Shown: positions 1-9,795 of the stretch, piece by piece | How positions within the stretch are numbered: position 1 is the stretch's first letter | How the letters are laid out: every line of letters begins with the position of its first letter | Source of the DNA: Spirogloea muscicola | Lineage: Eukaryota | Reading direction: 5' to 3' | NCBI GenBank assembly: GCA_009602725.1 | Contig: WELB01000001.1 | Location: 1,245,689 to 1,265,688, forward strand | DNA: 20,000 bases | Translations under genes and position numbers: made by a program | The notes under the pieces: generated by a model | Databases searched by the model: none | What the model was told of the DNA's origin: nothing | Seen by the model: the letters and a program-made list of their open reading frames with translations, nothing else

Positions 1-55
1 CCGGGCAGCGCGCATGGGAGGCGGCGATCGGAGGCGGCGCTGGAGGAGCGCTCAC

Positions 56-231
56 ATGTACGCGGCGTCGGACGGCGCAGGCAGGTGGAGGCCGTCGCCG
101 CCGTCGGCGCCCGCCAGGCTCTCGGCAGCGTGGGCCTGCACCTGGCCGCCGAGCGCGCCGAGACGAGCGCGCTCGTCAGGGCCTCCGAGGCGCTCCAGCG
201 GTGGGACCGGCCGCCGGCTCCCGTCGGGAGC
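56..231 (-). CDS. Possible coding exon of a minus-strand gene continuing left of the window, product unknown
   Basis: Open, GC3-rich frame APDGSRRPVPPLERLGGPDERARLGALGGQVQAHAAESLAGADGGDGLHLPAPSDAAY ends at a good donor AT|GTGAGC (GT at 55-54). Its 5' end is lost in the N gap and I recognise no family. Confidence 0.3.
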
Positions 232-233
232 GG

Positions 234-578
234 NNNNNNNNNNNNNNNNNNNNNNNNNNNNNNNNNNNNNNNNNNNNNNNNNNNNNNNNNNNNNNNNNNN
301 NNNNNNNNNNNNNNNNNNNNNNNNNNNNNNNNNNNNNNNNNNNNNNNNNNNNNNNNNNNNNNNNNNNNNNNNNNNNNNNNNNNNNNNNNNNNNNNNNNNN
401 NNNNNNNNNNNNNNNNNNNNNNNNNNNNNNNNNNNNNNNNNNNNNNNNNNNNNNNNNNNNNNNNNNNNNNNNNNNNNNNNNNNNNNNNNNNNNNNNNNNN
501 NNNNNNNNNNNNNNNNNNNNNNNNNNNNNNNNNNNNNNNNNNNNNNNNNNNNNNNNNNNNNNNNNNNNNNNNNNNNNN
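234..578. other. Assembly gap (345 N)
   Basis: Run of N. Confidence 1.
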
Positions 579-959
579 GGGGCGGCTTTCAGAAAAAGGC
601 GGGCCCCGCACCCCCCCGGGCCAGGCCGGGCAGTGCCGCCCGCCGGCCACGTGGCGGCGCGCGGGGCCGCGTGGGCCCAGGCGGGGGTGGGGGCAAATTA
701 AGGGCGCCCAGCCCGCGCCGCTGCTGTTGGCTCCTGGCAGCAGCGGAGCCAGGGGGCGGACCGCCACCTGCCGCCCTCGCAGGGCGGGGGCCTTCCCGGG
801 GTGTCCGGGCGGTGGGGCCCGTACCTCCCCCCCCGCGCGCTCCAGCCGCGGCCCTGCATTCGTGGGCGCCGCCGGGCGGGGGCGGGGGAGAGATGGAGTC
901 TGAACGAGAAGGGTGGTGAGGGGGCCTGTTTCCTGAAGGAGCGCGAGAGAAACCATTTC

Positions 960-1145
960 AATCCCTTTTCTTGGCTTGTTGATCACAGCCATCGCTACCT
1001 TTTGGAAGACTAGCCCTCTCCAACAAAGGGAGAGGGGAGGCGAACGGGGCGAGGGCTGTGAAAAGCGAGCCCGAAAGAAGAAAGTGCTCGCCCATTGAGG
1101 ATAGGGCCTGGAACAGCCGAAAGGTCCGAAGGGGCCAAAAGGCGG
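960..1145. repeat. Degenerate family A terminal fragments
   Basis: GAAAGAAGAAAGTGCTCGCCCATTGAGGATAGGGCCTGGAACAGCC (1073-1118) closely matches the copies near 2780-2820 and 9795-9840. Further partial copies at ~980-1020 (+) and ~1045-1075 (-). Confidence 0.65.
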
Positions 1146-1869
1146 GGGAGAGAGGGGAAGAGAAGGATAGGTGGGCAGTGGGCGCAAGAGGAAGAGGGAG
1201 GAATTGGAGTGTGTATTAAGAGATGGGGCCAAGTACACAAGGCAAGCACATTGAGGGAGGGAGAGAAGGAGAGTGTTGGGGACAGAGGGAGATAATGAGA
1301 GGGAAAGGGGTGGTGGAGGGGCGGCGCCGGCCCCCGTTGCGGGTCCCCCAAAACGGGCCCCGCCAGGAGGCCCTCGAAGCCCGGAGGGCGTGGGAGCGTG
1401 CGGGAGAGGGTGGGGCTGGGTGGGCCCAGCAGGCAAGGGGGGTGCCGCGGAGCATGAAGCTGCCATCCCACTGGCCGCGGGGCAGTGGCGTGCCTCACGC
1501 GAGGGTGGCGACGGCCGCCCTCGCCTTTTCGGGCCCTGCTCACCACGAGCGGGGCGGGGGCCTTCCAGGGCGAGCACATTCTTACACGGCTCCAGGAGAC
1601 GAGCCGTGTAACATGCCGGGGAGACGTCTGTGGCGAGCGCCACGACGGGAAGCGGCTGAGACACGGAGGTCTTGGGCTGACACCCGCAAGGCTGTCGCCA
1701 GCCAGCGGCAGTCGGTCCGGCCCGCAGGTGGGCGGGCGAGGTCAACCATGGCCTCGGTCGTCAGGGGCTGAACCGCCCACCGCCGCTTCGGGCACGTGAT
1801 CGGCTCTGATCGCGGACACGAGGTTGCCATGGGGCACGCAGCGAAGGCGGAGGAGCTACAGGAGGGGGA

Positions 1870-2007
1870 GAGAAGGCGCGCGGGGCGCATGAATTGAAAG
1901 GGAGGCCAATTCAAGCCAATACATTGTTCAGGCAGAGTCGAGTGCAGACTAAACAATGCTACATAACATGGAGACCTAATCTAAGGTACCTAAGATGACA
2001 TTAGTAC
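1870..2007 (-). repeat. Repeat family B copy 1 (~135 bp; probable 3' end of a second retroelement)
   Basis: GGCGCGCGGGGCGCATGAATTGAAAGGGAGGCCAATTCAAGCCAATACATTGTTCAGGCAGAGTCGAGTGCAGACTAAACAATGCTACATAA...CTAAGGTACC. Near-identical to 3639-3773 and similar to 8835-8972. The left end is fixed and the right end varies. Confidence 0.8.
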
Positions 2008-2769
2008 CAAAGGGGAAGCAGCGCGCGGGCGGGCGGAAGTAGCTCTTGCGCGGGGTGCAGCGGGCGGGTGAGAGACACGGCACTCGTGTAGAGACAAGGA
2101 GAAGGCGCTCTTGCCAATGAGGCGCTGGCAATTACTCCGTCAGGGAGGCCCGCGGACCTCGCCACAGGCGGAGGCTCCGCATTGTGTGCTTCCAATTCCG
2201 GGGCGGATCGGGCCCTCCAAGAGACCATGAGCTGCATATGACCCCAGAAATAGCGCAGACGGGAAGTATTCTTAAGAGAACGTAGCTGTGAATGAATAGC
2301 CAGGAAGTGATTTCATGAAGATAAGTGATCTTGAGCGATGGCTGTGGAGTGCAGGCTCAAAATGATGGAGAATGTGTCTTAGAGGAAGCCTTGAAAGGAC
2401 ACACTACTTCCAGCAAGACGACTGGCTGTCACAGCCACTCGGTAACCCCTGCTCAACGAGTGCAACTTATGATTCAGTAGCTGCAGGGTTGAAGTTCCCC
2501 CAGAGGAGGAGTAAGAGATCGGAGAGAAGAGGGCAGGTTGGTGACTCCACCAGAGGGGTCAGAAGTGAATTGCCATTGAGGACGCGGCTGCACATTCTCC
2601 TGGGATCATCGACCGAACAGACAAGAGCGGAGGCAGGCCAGAGGTTACGGATGTTCCGACCCGAAGCGCCGTGGATGTGTGGAGAAGAAGCTCTTAAAGG
2701 CGGCAATGCCATTGTCAGGCCAATCCCACGAGATTGGACAAGGCAAGGTGGGAGGGAAAGTCCGTTCCA

Positions 2770-3150
2770 GGAGAAAAGAAGAAAGGGCTCGCCCATTGAG
2801 GATATGGGCTGGAACAGCCAGCCCAAAAAAGAATGAACAAAGTACAAGAAGGGGGCTAGGCGAGAAAGGGGCTCCTCCAAAGGGGGCGATGGCTGTGTGA
2901 CACCCAGTAGCCACTTGAGTCGCTGGGTGCTTTAGCGCTTTTCTGGCCCCTTCGGACTATGCTCATTCTTACTCCTGGGCTGGCCAAACATAGCCCTCTA
3001 CTGGAAGAGTCTTCCTTCTTTGTGACTAAACGAGTCTTCTCCCTGTGATAGAAGAACTACTTCCAGTAGAGGGCGATGGCTGAGATTTTCTGTGGTTCTC
3101 TCCGTGCAAGAAGAATTGACTCTACAAGTAGAGGGGCGATGGCCGTAATT
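2770..3150. repeat. Cluster of CRE-like 3'-terminal fragments (family A) in both orientations
   Basis: 2773-2840 is a minus-strand copy of the terminal motif. 2909-3010 resembles 18806-18915. Short opposite-strand ends lie at 3060-3085 and 3125-3150. A perfect 15-bp inverted repeat spans 2993-3007/3060-3074. Confidence 0.7.
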
Positions 3151-3199
3151 CTCTGTGATTCATTTGTGAAAGGCCATCCGAGGGGCGCCGCAGGGACCA

Positions 3200-3500
3200 G
3201 ACGTCACCACCAGGCACCGGGACCGGCCACATGAGGCCCCCCCCCCCCGCGCCGTGACGTCAGCTCCAATAGCCCCCAGGCCTGCTTGTGCCGCCACGTG
3301 GCAATGGGGCCCCTCGCCGCGGCCCGCCGCGGGCGGAAGCCCGGGCCCACCCCCGACGTCCGGACACGTGACGGCGGGTGCCGCACGCGGGGGAGGACGG
3401 CGCCGTCCCGCCGCGCGCCACGTGGCCCGCGGCGACGTCGGAGCCCGGGCCCAGCGCGGGGGCCTGCCGCGGCGGGACGTCGCACGTGACCGCGCACGTC
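3200..3500. promoter_or_regulatory. GC-rich cluster of ten ACGT-core motifs (G-box/C-box-like)
   Basis: GACGTC 3200, TGACGTCA 3255, GCCACGTGGC 3293 and 3417, GACGTC 3355/3434/3476, CACGTG 3365/3483, CACGTC 3495. Regulatory function is inferred only. Confidence 0.4.
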
Positions 3501-3638
3501 CCGCCAGGCCGTACGGGAGCTGTACGAAGCCGCCCCCCTCGGTCCTTCCGCCGGCCCGCCTGGGAGCGCCCCCTGGTCTGCTGGAAGCCCCTGAGCAGCG
3601 ACAGCATGTCGGGCCCTGCTCATTTGCTCTGACAGGGG

Positions 3639-3773
3639 AGAGGAGGCGCGCGGGGCGCATGAATTGAGAGGGAGGCCAATTCCAGCCAATAAGTTGTTCA
3701 GGCAGAGTCGACTGCAGACTAAACAAGGCTACATAATACGGAGACCTAATCTAAGGTACCGGGTAATCTAAGG
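3639..3773 (-). repeat. Repeat family B copy 2, flanked by the 8-bp direct repeat GACAGGGG
   Basis: Homology to 1870-1990. GACAGGGG occurs at 3631-3638 and 3774-3781. Confidence 0.8.
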
Positions 3774-5946
3774 GACAGGGGGGTTGACCCTCGCCTGTCC
3801 CCCGGATGGACCAATCACCCGTCGCCGTACTCAGCCTGACCGAAAGTCTCGTCGTGATCCCGGCCCATGCGCCACTGGCTCAACGAAGATGGGCGTCGAA
3901 AACGGCGGCAGAACGGCGGAAAGGAGATGGCCGCCGTTCCACAGCCAGATGAGGCAAACTCTGTCTGGGAGCAACGACTAGGACTTGGCATGAAATGGAA
4001 GGGGAGCCAACTGAAGCCCACGTCGTTCTTGACAAAAGCTAGTGCAACAGTGGCGCTACATGAACTGAAGCCCTATGCTAAGGTGAGAGTGAAGCGCAAT
4101 GGCTGAGGAAGAGAGAGGGAGGAGGCGGAAGGCCAGCCCAAGAAAGACGACAACGTCATCCGACCAGGTTGCGCTGTTTGCGCTGTCCAGCAGGAACACC
4201 TTCCGTTCTCTCTGTCGACCTTGTCCATCGGAGAGGCACCTGTACTTCCCACGAAGGCCGTGGAGGCAGGCGCTGCAGACGACTGATCACTTTCCAACAG
4301 GAAGGCAGCAGCTGTGGGACGCCAGCCGACAGTTGATGGACAAGGTCAAGGGGGAAGCCCCAACAGGAAAGCACAAACTCCTCATCACCAGAAGAGCCAG
4401 GACACGACTATGCAGCGTTGGCAGTGCAGCAGCACCTGCCTGGTGCTGCAAGCACATGCATGCTTTACTCACCTGTACTTGGTATGATGATGACCAAATG
4501 ACGCCAGTCAGCAGCATCTACAAGCAAATGCTTGACCCAAGGGTCGAGGTTTGGTACTACAAAATAAACAAGCTTGTGTTACCAGGCCAATGCACTTCTT
4601 TCTTCACAAGCCATTCTGGGAGGTACATATCCATTAGGGATCAGGTGTCAATATTTTGATAGTCGACTATCTTGGTGTAGGAAAGCTTTAGATTTGAATT
4701 TTGGCAATTTCTGAACCACAGGCTGCTACAATCTAGCTGTTCGGCATTGGTAAAATATACCGTCACTCTACAGTAAGATGCTATCAGACCGTTTCGTCGG
4801 TCAGTCTGGCCGATAGGAATTGTACTTTCGCTGATTCACTAGCCATGGGGTGTTCGATCTCAAATTTGAAGTAGCTCATGCAACGACAACTAGGCATTCC
4901 TTTAAAATTCGCACGGTAGGAAGCAGGCGCCTGCTACCGCAGTGCCTCTTGCCTTGAGGCTCCCTCCCGCAGTCGTCACTATCAATGCTTGCTCCACTGG
5001 ACCGATGGTGTGCTTAGCCACGGTCTGACCCCAGCATCACAAGTGCCCGAGATTGAAGCTGTCCAAGTACCTTACAATCTCCTGAAAATGTTTGTGATTA
5101 TGCTGGAAACATGTAGTGCTCGCTTTGTAATGACCTGCGGCATGCCCCTCTGTCCCTGGGCTACAATGCGGAATGTGGCAACTGAGTCAGTGGTACTGAC
5201 AGCTCCCGACAAAAGTTCTTTAGCTGGCCTCCTACATGTTCCTATCGTGCAAACCTCTCTGCCCAATATGCCCCCAAGGCAGCACCTATGCGCATAGTTG
5301 CTTGACCAATCTCTTGAAGCTTTGCATGCTGGGAGAGTAACTTGACAGCAAGTTTTCAGTCCACCAGTACAGAATCAGGGAAACTGAAAGAAGGTACAAA
5401 TAAGAATCATATACTTACTTCAATCCGTGCTTGCTAAAAACTTCTTGCTGCTACTTACCTAGCTTGTAATGTCCTATTGATATGCTTTGCCAGCAAGTAC
5501 CTCTCACTTCGTTATGCTTGTTCACAATGCCCCGTGACCAGACGGACTGACATATTTTGTTTCCCTTTCAAGGATAGCGAACACTTCTGGAAATTTTCGT
5601 AAATTTCATTTGACATGTTTTCATGTCTGCTGTCGTTTTGCATAGATCTATTGCTACAGTTAGACATCTTGGATGGTCAGGCACAAAAGCTTTCAGAGGC
5701 TTCAAAGCGAGATATTGCCTGCACCTGTGGGCCTGACCGGCGCCAAGTACTGCGTCGAGGAAGTTCCAAGTCAACCTTCTGTGAGCACCAGGAATAGACA
5801 TAGAGGTCAAGCTGGGATGAGGTACATGAGCTCATTGGTGAAGGCTGACATCCATTTCATGGTGCCAAAGGCAATGTAGCTGCAATACCTTCTCCCCTTG
5901 CATGCGCTCTCTTGATGTCAGAGAGAGGAAGGAGAGCCAGTGGCTG

Positions 5947-8121
5947 TCATGGTCTTTCATCCTCTGGTTCATCATCTACCTCGTCCTCGTCTGCGTCCTC
6001 AAATTGCTCTGTGCTGATGTCAAGCTGACACGCGGAGATGTGAAAAGTGAGAGTGACTTTCACTGTGAAAAGTCCAGTACGCAGAATCATTCTGATGCCA
6101 TCAACTAGAATGACTAGGCAAAGCAGCAGGCAGCTCCTAAATCTGTTCGGACATGATGACCTGCGTTTCTCAGCTGCTCACAAAGTGACTAATCAATATC
6201 CATCGGCTGTTATGAACAATGTTGGGCGATCAACCTCGTCAAGCCCGTGACCACCATTATGTGTCACAGCCCCAGGAGCCAGAACTTCGTCTGAGTTGAA
6301 GAACCATTCCCCTTCGCCCTCTTGCTCTGCTCATGCCAGGGTTGACAAAGCAGATGAAGTTCAGTACCAAGCTTTCCTTATGACGTAATATCTTACATCC
6401 TAACTGCAGATCCGATCTGCGTGCTTAAAATTTGGACCTTACTATTGCTCAATTTTGCTGTAAAATCAGTGCTTACCTACTACCGGGTCAGGGTTCAAGG
6501 CTGCGCACTCGCACAGAACCTGGAATATGCGGTCCACTGTGCGGCTCATTGGTGGTCAAAAGGGAGGGGAAAAAGTGCACAAATTGAATGTCAGTGAATG
6601 AGAGAAGTGACGGGGGCGCTCCTGGTCCATGCACATAGAACTGCCTTATGAGTACAAGGCTCTCTGGCAATCTCAAAAAGAACCTGATTGCAGGAGCTCT
6701 TGTCTCACCTTGTCGGATATTATTTTAAGCCCTTCAAGCGTGATCTGACCAGAACGACATTGCTGACAACGGCGTTGGCCGCATGCACTTACACGTGCTT
6801 GGATCATTGGGGACTAGCCGCATCTCCTTCACAGCTGACAGGTCTTCAACAGGTGCAGCCTCAGCTGCCATTGGGTCTCCCTCAGCTTCCTCATCCCCGT
6901 TGATGCCCACATGATCTTCATCATCATCTTCCCTGCCTTGAATCTAGAACCCCATGCGTTAGACTTGCGAGCGACGAGCATGGTAGTAGAGGTCTAAGCG
7001 AGCAACCCTCAAGCTTGACCTTCAGCAGATGCATAGAGCTCCAACAGTGGAAACATCTGATGCAAGTGAAGCCAGTAGACCCGGAGATCTGACGGGCCAG
7101 GGTTGTTGCTTTGGCAGGCTTACCTGCATGTAAATGCACGGGTGGGGGTACGCATCTGTGTCTCTGGATATGGCGTGCATTGTCAAGGAGACAAAATCAA
7201 CAGCATAGCCTTCTTGCAAGTCCTCGTCACTCAGCCACACGAGCCGCCTGCAAAACGAAGCATGGACAAATCAGAAAGTGACCCTCATTAGATGTACGTT
7301 AGGCTTCCAAGCGATTGCACAGACTGGCAAACAGAGCTACTCTTAGTGCAACGTCAAAGGGAAAATAGCCGTTGAGATCGCCTGGACTGGTCGACTTCAA
7401 CGCTCAAGCCAACGTAACAATCCTGGTCGACCTCCTTTATGCCTCTGTGGTCCTTGAAGCTGAAATATGGGAAACCCCTGGGAAGCCCCATCTACCTTGT
7501 AGCCATGAGTACCTGCCTCTCGTGAGATACTTAGACCCTGGTCCTTCTACGGGAACAGCCCCTACTGTTTCATCCCTTATCCTTACACTCAGCTCTAGAT
7601 GTGAAGCATCCTGTAAATGTCCACTCTAAATCTCACTGCACCCACGGCAGCTCTGGTCGCACCTCTGCATAGAGGACCTCAGCGGCCGTTAGTACGGCGG
7701 ACCGTTGCCGGCGACTTGTCACTGAGTCGTCCCTGCGAGCGACTGCTGACACGTCTGCTCTTGGACGCTGCCTCGCTTCGTTGGAGCAGCCCGACGAGCT
7801 CAGGACGGATGCCAGTCCCTGCGAGGGCAGCGGGACGGCAGCCTCGCCTGGTGGTCACGTAGAGCTTGCCGGGCCCGGATGGCGGGCCGTCTCCCAGCAC
7901 GGCCGCCACCTGCGGCTGGACGAGCGCCACCGTCTCGCCGCCATCGCCGCCGTCGCCGCCGGCGTCCAGCACCGGCAGGCCCTGCACAGAAGAAGGGCGG
8001 CGGGCCGTGAGGAAGTGGCGAGCTAACGAGCCGAGCGCGACGCGCAAGCGGGGCTGGCGTCTGGAGGCCGCGCCTGAGGGCCGCGCTGCGGGGCGGCGAC
8101 CAGGCCGCCGCCTGGCGCCAT
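5947..8121 (-). CDS. CLNS1A: pICln / chloride conductance regulatory protein ICln (methylosome subunit, CLNS1A-like), 7 coding exons, ~228 aa
   Basis: Manually spliced exons (minus strand): 8121-8074, 7981-7848, 7247-7124, 6943-6793, 6536-6477, 6326-6235, 6024-5947. Total 687 nt, all phases compatible. Translation MAPGGGLVAAPQRGPQ-GLPVLD...VQPQVAAVLGDGPPSGPGKLYVTTRRLVWLSDEDLQEGYAVDFVSLTMHAISRDTDAYPHPCIYMQIQG[acidic]...DLSAVKEMRLVPNDPSTLDRIFQVLCECAALNPDP...GEWFFNSDEV...LDISTEQFEDADEDE..* matches plant ICln motifs as I recall them (GxLYxT, WLSD, GYAVDF, HAxSRD, PCIY, EMRLVP, CECAxLNP, QFEDA). ATG is in a GCCATGG context. Exon 1 and its GC donor are the least certain parts. Confidence 0.93.
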
Positions 8122-8419
8122 GGCCGCCACGCCTGCTCCCCCGCTGCCAGCTTCATGGCGGCCAGCCGACCCGGCGCTGCCAAGAATTGGTGATTGCGCT
8201 GATCGGGACAGGTCCCCCTGCCCGACGCTCCCGGGGTCCACCGCCACTCTGGGATTTGGCTTCTTTCCGTTGCTTCTGGTATTATTACGGTGCTCATCAA
8301 GCGCTACGAGACGACACTCCCTTTCTTTAGTTGCCATGCACTCGGCTGCGCCTTCGCCCCCAGTGTGGCCCCGCCGTCATCGTCGTGTTGCCTCAGCCCT
8401 TTACACCTTGAGTGGCGGG

Positions 8420-9170
8420 CGGGTCAGGGGAGAAAAGCGCGGCCGAATTGACTGGTGGCTGGGAGAAGCCAGCCCAAAAGGAATGGACAAGGTAAAGAGG
8501 AGCCGAATGGCGCAGGAAGCAGGGGACTAAGTGCTAAGACGACAAGGAGGCTCTCAGTAACCTCTAGTCAGCAAGTGCAGGTCAGAATAAGAAAGGGCTC
8601 GCCCATAGAGAAGAGGGGCTGGAATAGCTAGAGGGCGGGAAGACGTCGCCCTGACGAAACCCGGAGGCAGCCGCCAGGGCGCGGCCTGCACGTAGGTGGA
8701 CGGCAAACGCAAGAGACCGCTGGAGGGAAATGGCAAGGCGCATCCTGAACACCTGTGCGAGGGACCCGGCGACGTTGAAGCCAGGCTGCTCGCCGTGCTG
8801 CCCGTGGAGGCGGGCCACCGCACGGCGAGCAAGGAGGAAGGCGCGCGGTGCGCATGAAATTGAAAGGGAGGCTTATTCAAGCCAATACATTGTTCAAAGC
8901 AGAGGCTTGTGCAAAGTAAACAAGGCTACATGATGTAAAACTTAAACGAAGGTGCCTAAGGTGACACTAGTATCCACGGAAGAGCACAAACAAATCTGAC
9001 GCAAGGCGGTGGAGAAGGTCGAGCCATTTGGTCCCAAAGGCCCCGTGCACGTCGACGGCGAGTGGGACAAACTCGTCGCCTACGGGGTGGTCCGTGTATT
9101 TGCGTTCCTTTGCGCCCGCCGCCTGACGGACTGCGTAGCCCGCCTCCTCGGAGGTGTAAGAAAGCCGCGC
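8420..9170 (-). mobile_element. 5'-truncated CRE-like element (RLE C-terminus plus 3' UTR) interrupted by two nested insertions
   Basis: Minus strand: AGYAVRQAAGAKERKYTDHPVGDEFVPLAVDVHGAFGTKWLDLLHRLA [insert 8835-9000] RRAVARLHGQHGEQPGFNVAGSLAQVFRMRLAISLQRSLAFAVHLRAGRALAAASGFRQGDVFPPS [~40 bp insert ~8588-8628] SDLHLLTRGY*, then 3' UTR and terminal hairpin at ~8430-8475. Confidence 0.8.
8835..9000 (-). repeat. Repeat family B copy 3, inserted in a CRE-like ORF and flanked by the 6-bp direct repeat GCAAGG
   Basis: Homology to the other two copies. GCAAGG occurs at 8829-8834 and 9001-9006, and removing the insert plus one repeat restores ...DLLHRLARRAVARL... Confidence 0.8.
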
Positions 9171-9183
9171 CCGCCATGGTCTT

Positions 9184-9233
9184 GGCGACGGCGGCGGCTG
9201 CGACAGCGACGGCGGCGGCAGCGGCGGCGGCGA
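9184..9233. repeat. Imperfect (GGC)n microsatellite
   Basis: GGCGACGGCGGCGGCTGCGACAGCGACGGCGGCGGCAGCGGCGGCGGCGA, next to the truncation point of the 8420-9170 element. Confidence 0.6.
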
Positions 9234-9569
9234 CTGGGGAGCGACCGGACTAGGAGGGCCCGAAGGTGTTAAGAAGAGCAAGGGGCTGCCTGCCCTCCAG
9301 TGTCTTATGACCCCGGCCCGACCCGCAGGAGATCGCGGGGAGGCTGAGCTGGTCGGCCAGCCCGGCAGATAAGCCGCTGACCTGTCAACCAGCGTGTGAG
9401 GCCCATGCCATCCACCCACTCCTAGGTCAAAAGCCCTAGACCTCGTCTACCACTGTCTGTGATGAGCATTCCAAGGCGCTCCAGCGAGCTCCACACAAAA
9501 CAGCTAGACCTAGACCATATGCAGCTAGCAGTCAAGAGTTTACAAAGTAAACTCTTTCCAACAGGAGGA

Positions 9570-9795
9570 ACGCTTGGCGCTGCCGGAAACAACGCAGTCA
9601 GTCGTGACAACATCGGCAATGAGCCGAGGTCCCCCGCCGAGCGCGCTGGCGACGAGATCGGCCCGCCGGGTGTGGACGCGGCCATCCGCCCCAGCGGTCG
9701 GAGGCATGATGCTGAGGTGCCGGGCTTCAATGCTGCCGGCTCGCTCGCTCAGGGTCTTGGCTCCATGGCCCGCGCGCTGCACCTGCGTGCCGGAA
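9570..9795. mobile_element. Rearranged CRE-like RLE fragment (inverted 5' part plus sense 3' part)
   Basis: Minus 9708->9570 reads PPTAGADGRVHTRRADLVASALGGGPRLIADVVTTDCVVSGSAK. Plus ~9700-9795 reads RHDAEVPGFNAAGSLAQ..SMARALHLRAG. Confidence 0.7.

Noticed and set aside
14..919. Long ORFs at the window start
   Set aside because: Artefacts of reading through the N gap and GC-rich low-complexity sequence.
1010..1870. Overlapping 100-190 aa ORFs on both strands
   Set aside because: Low-complexity R/G/P-rich translations over a purine-rich tract and probable decayed element sequence, with no recognisable domain.
8023..8337. Upstream in-frame ATG at 8337 as the pICln start
   Set aside because: It would add ~72 non-homologous residues. 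ATG 8121 has a strong context and gives the expected ~228-aa length.
8835..9000. Insert in the RLE ORF as a spliceosomal intron or introner
   Set aside because: It starts GT on the minus strand but has no AG at the end that restores the frame. It is flanked by a direct repeat and is homologous to intergenic copies.
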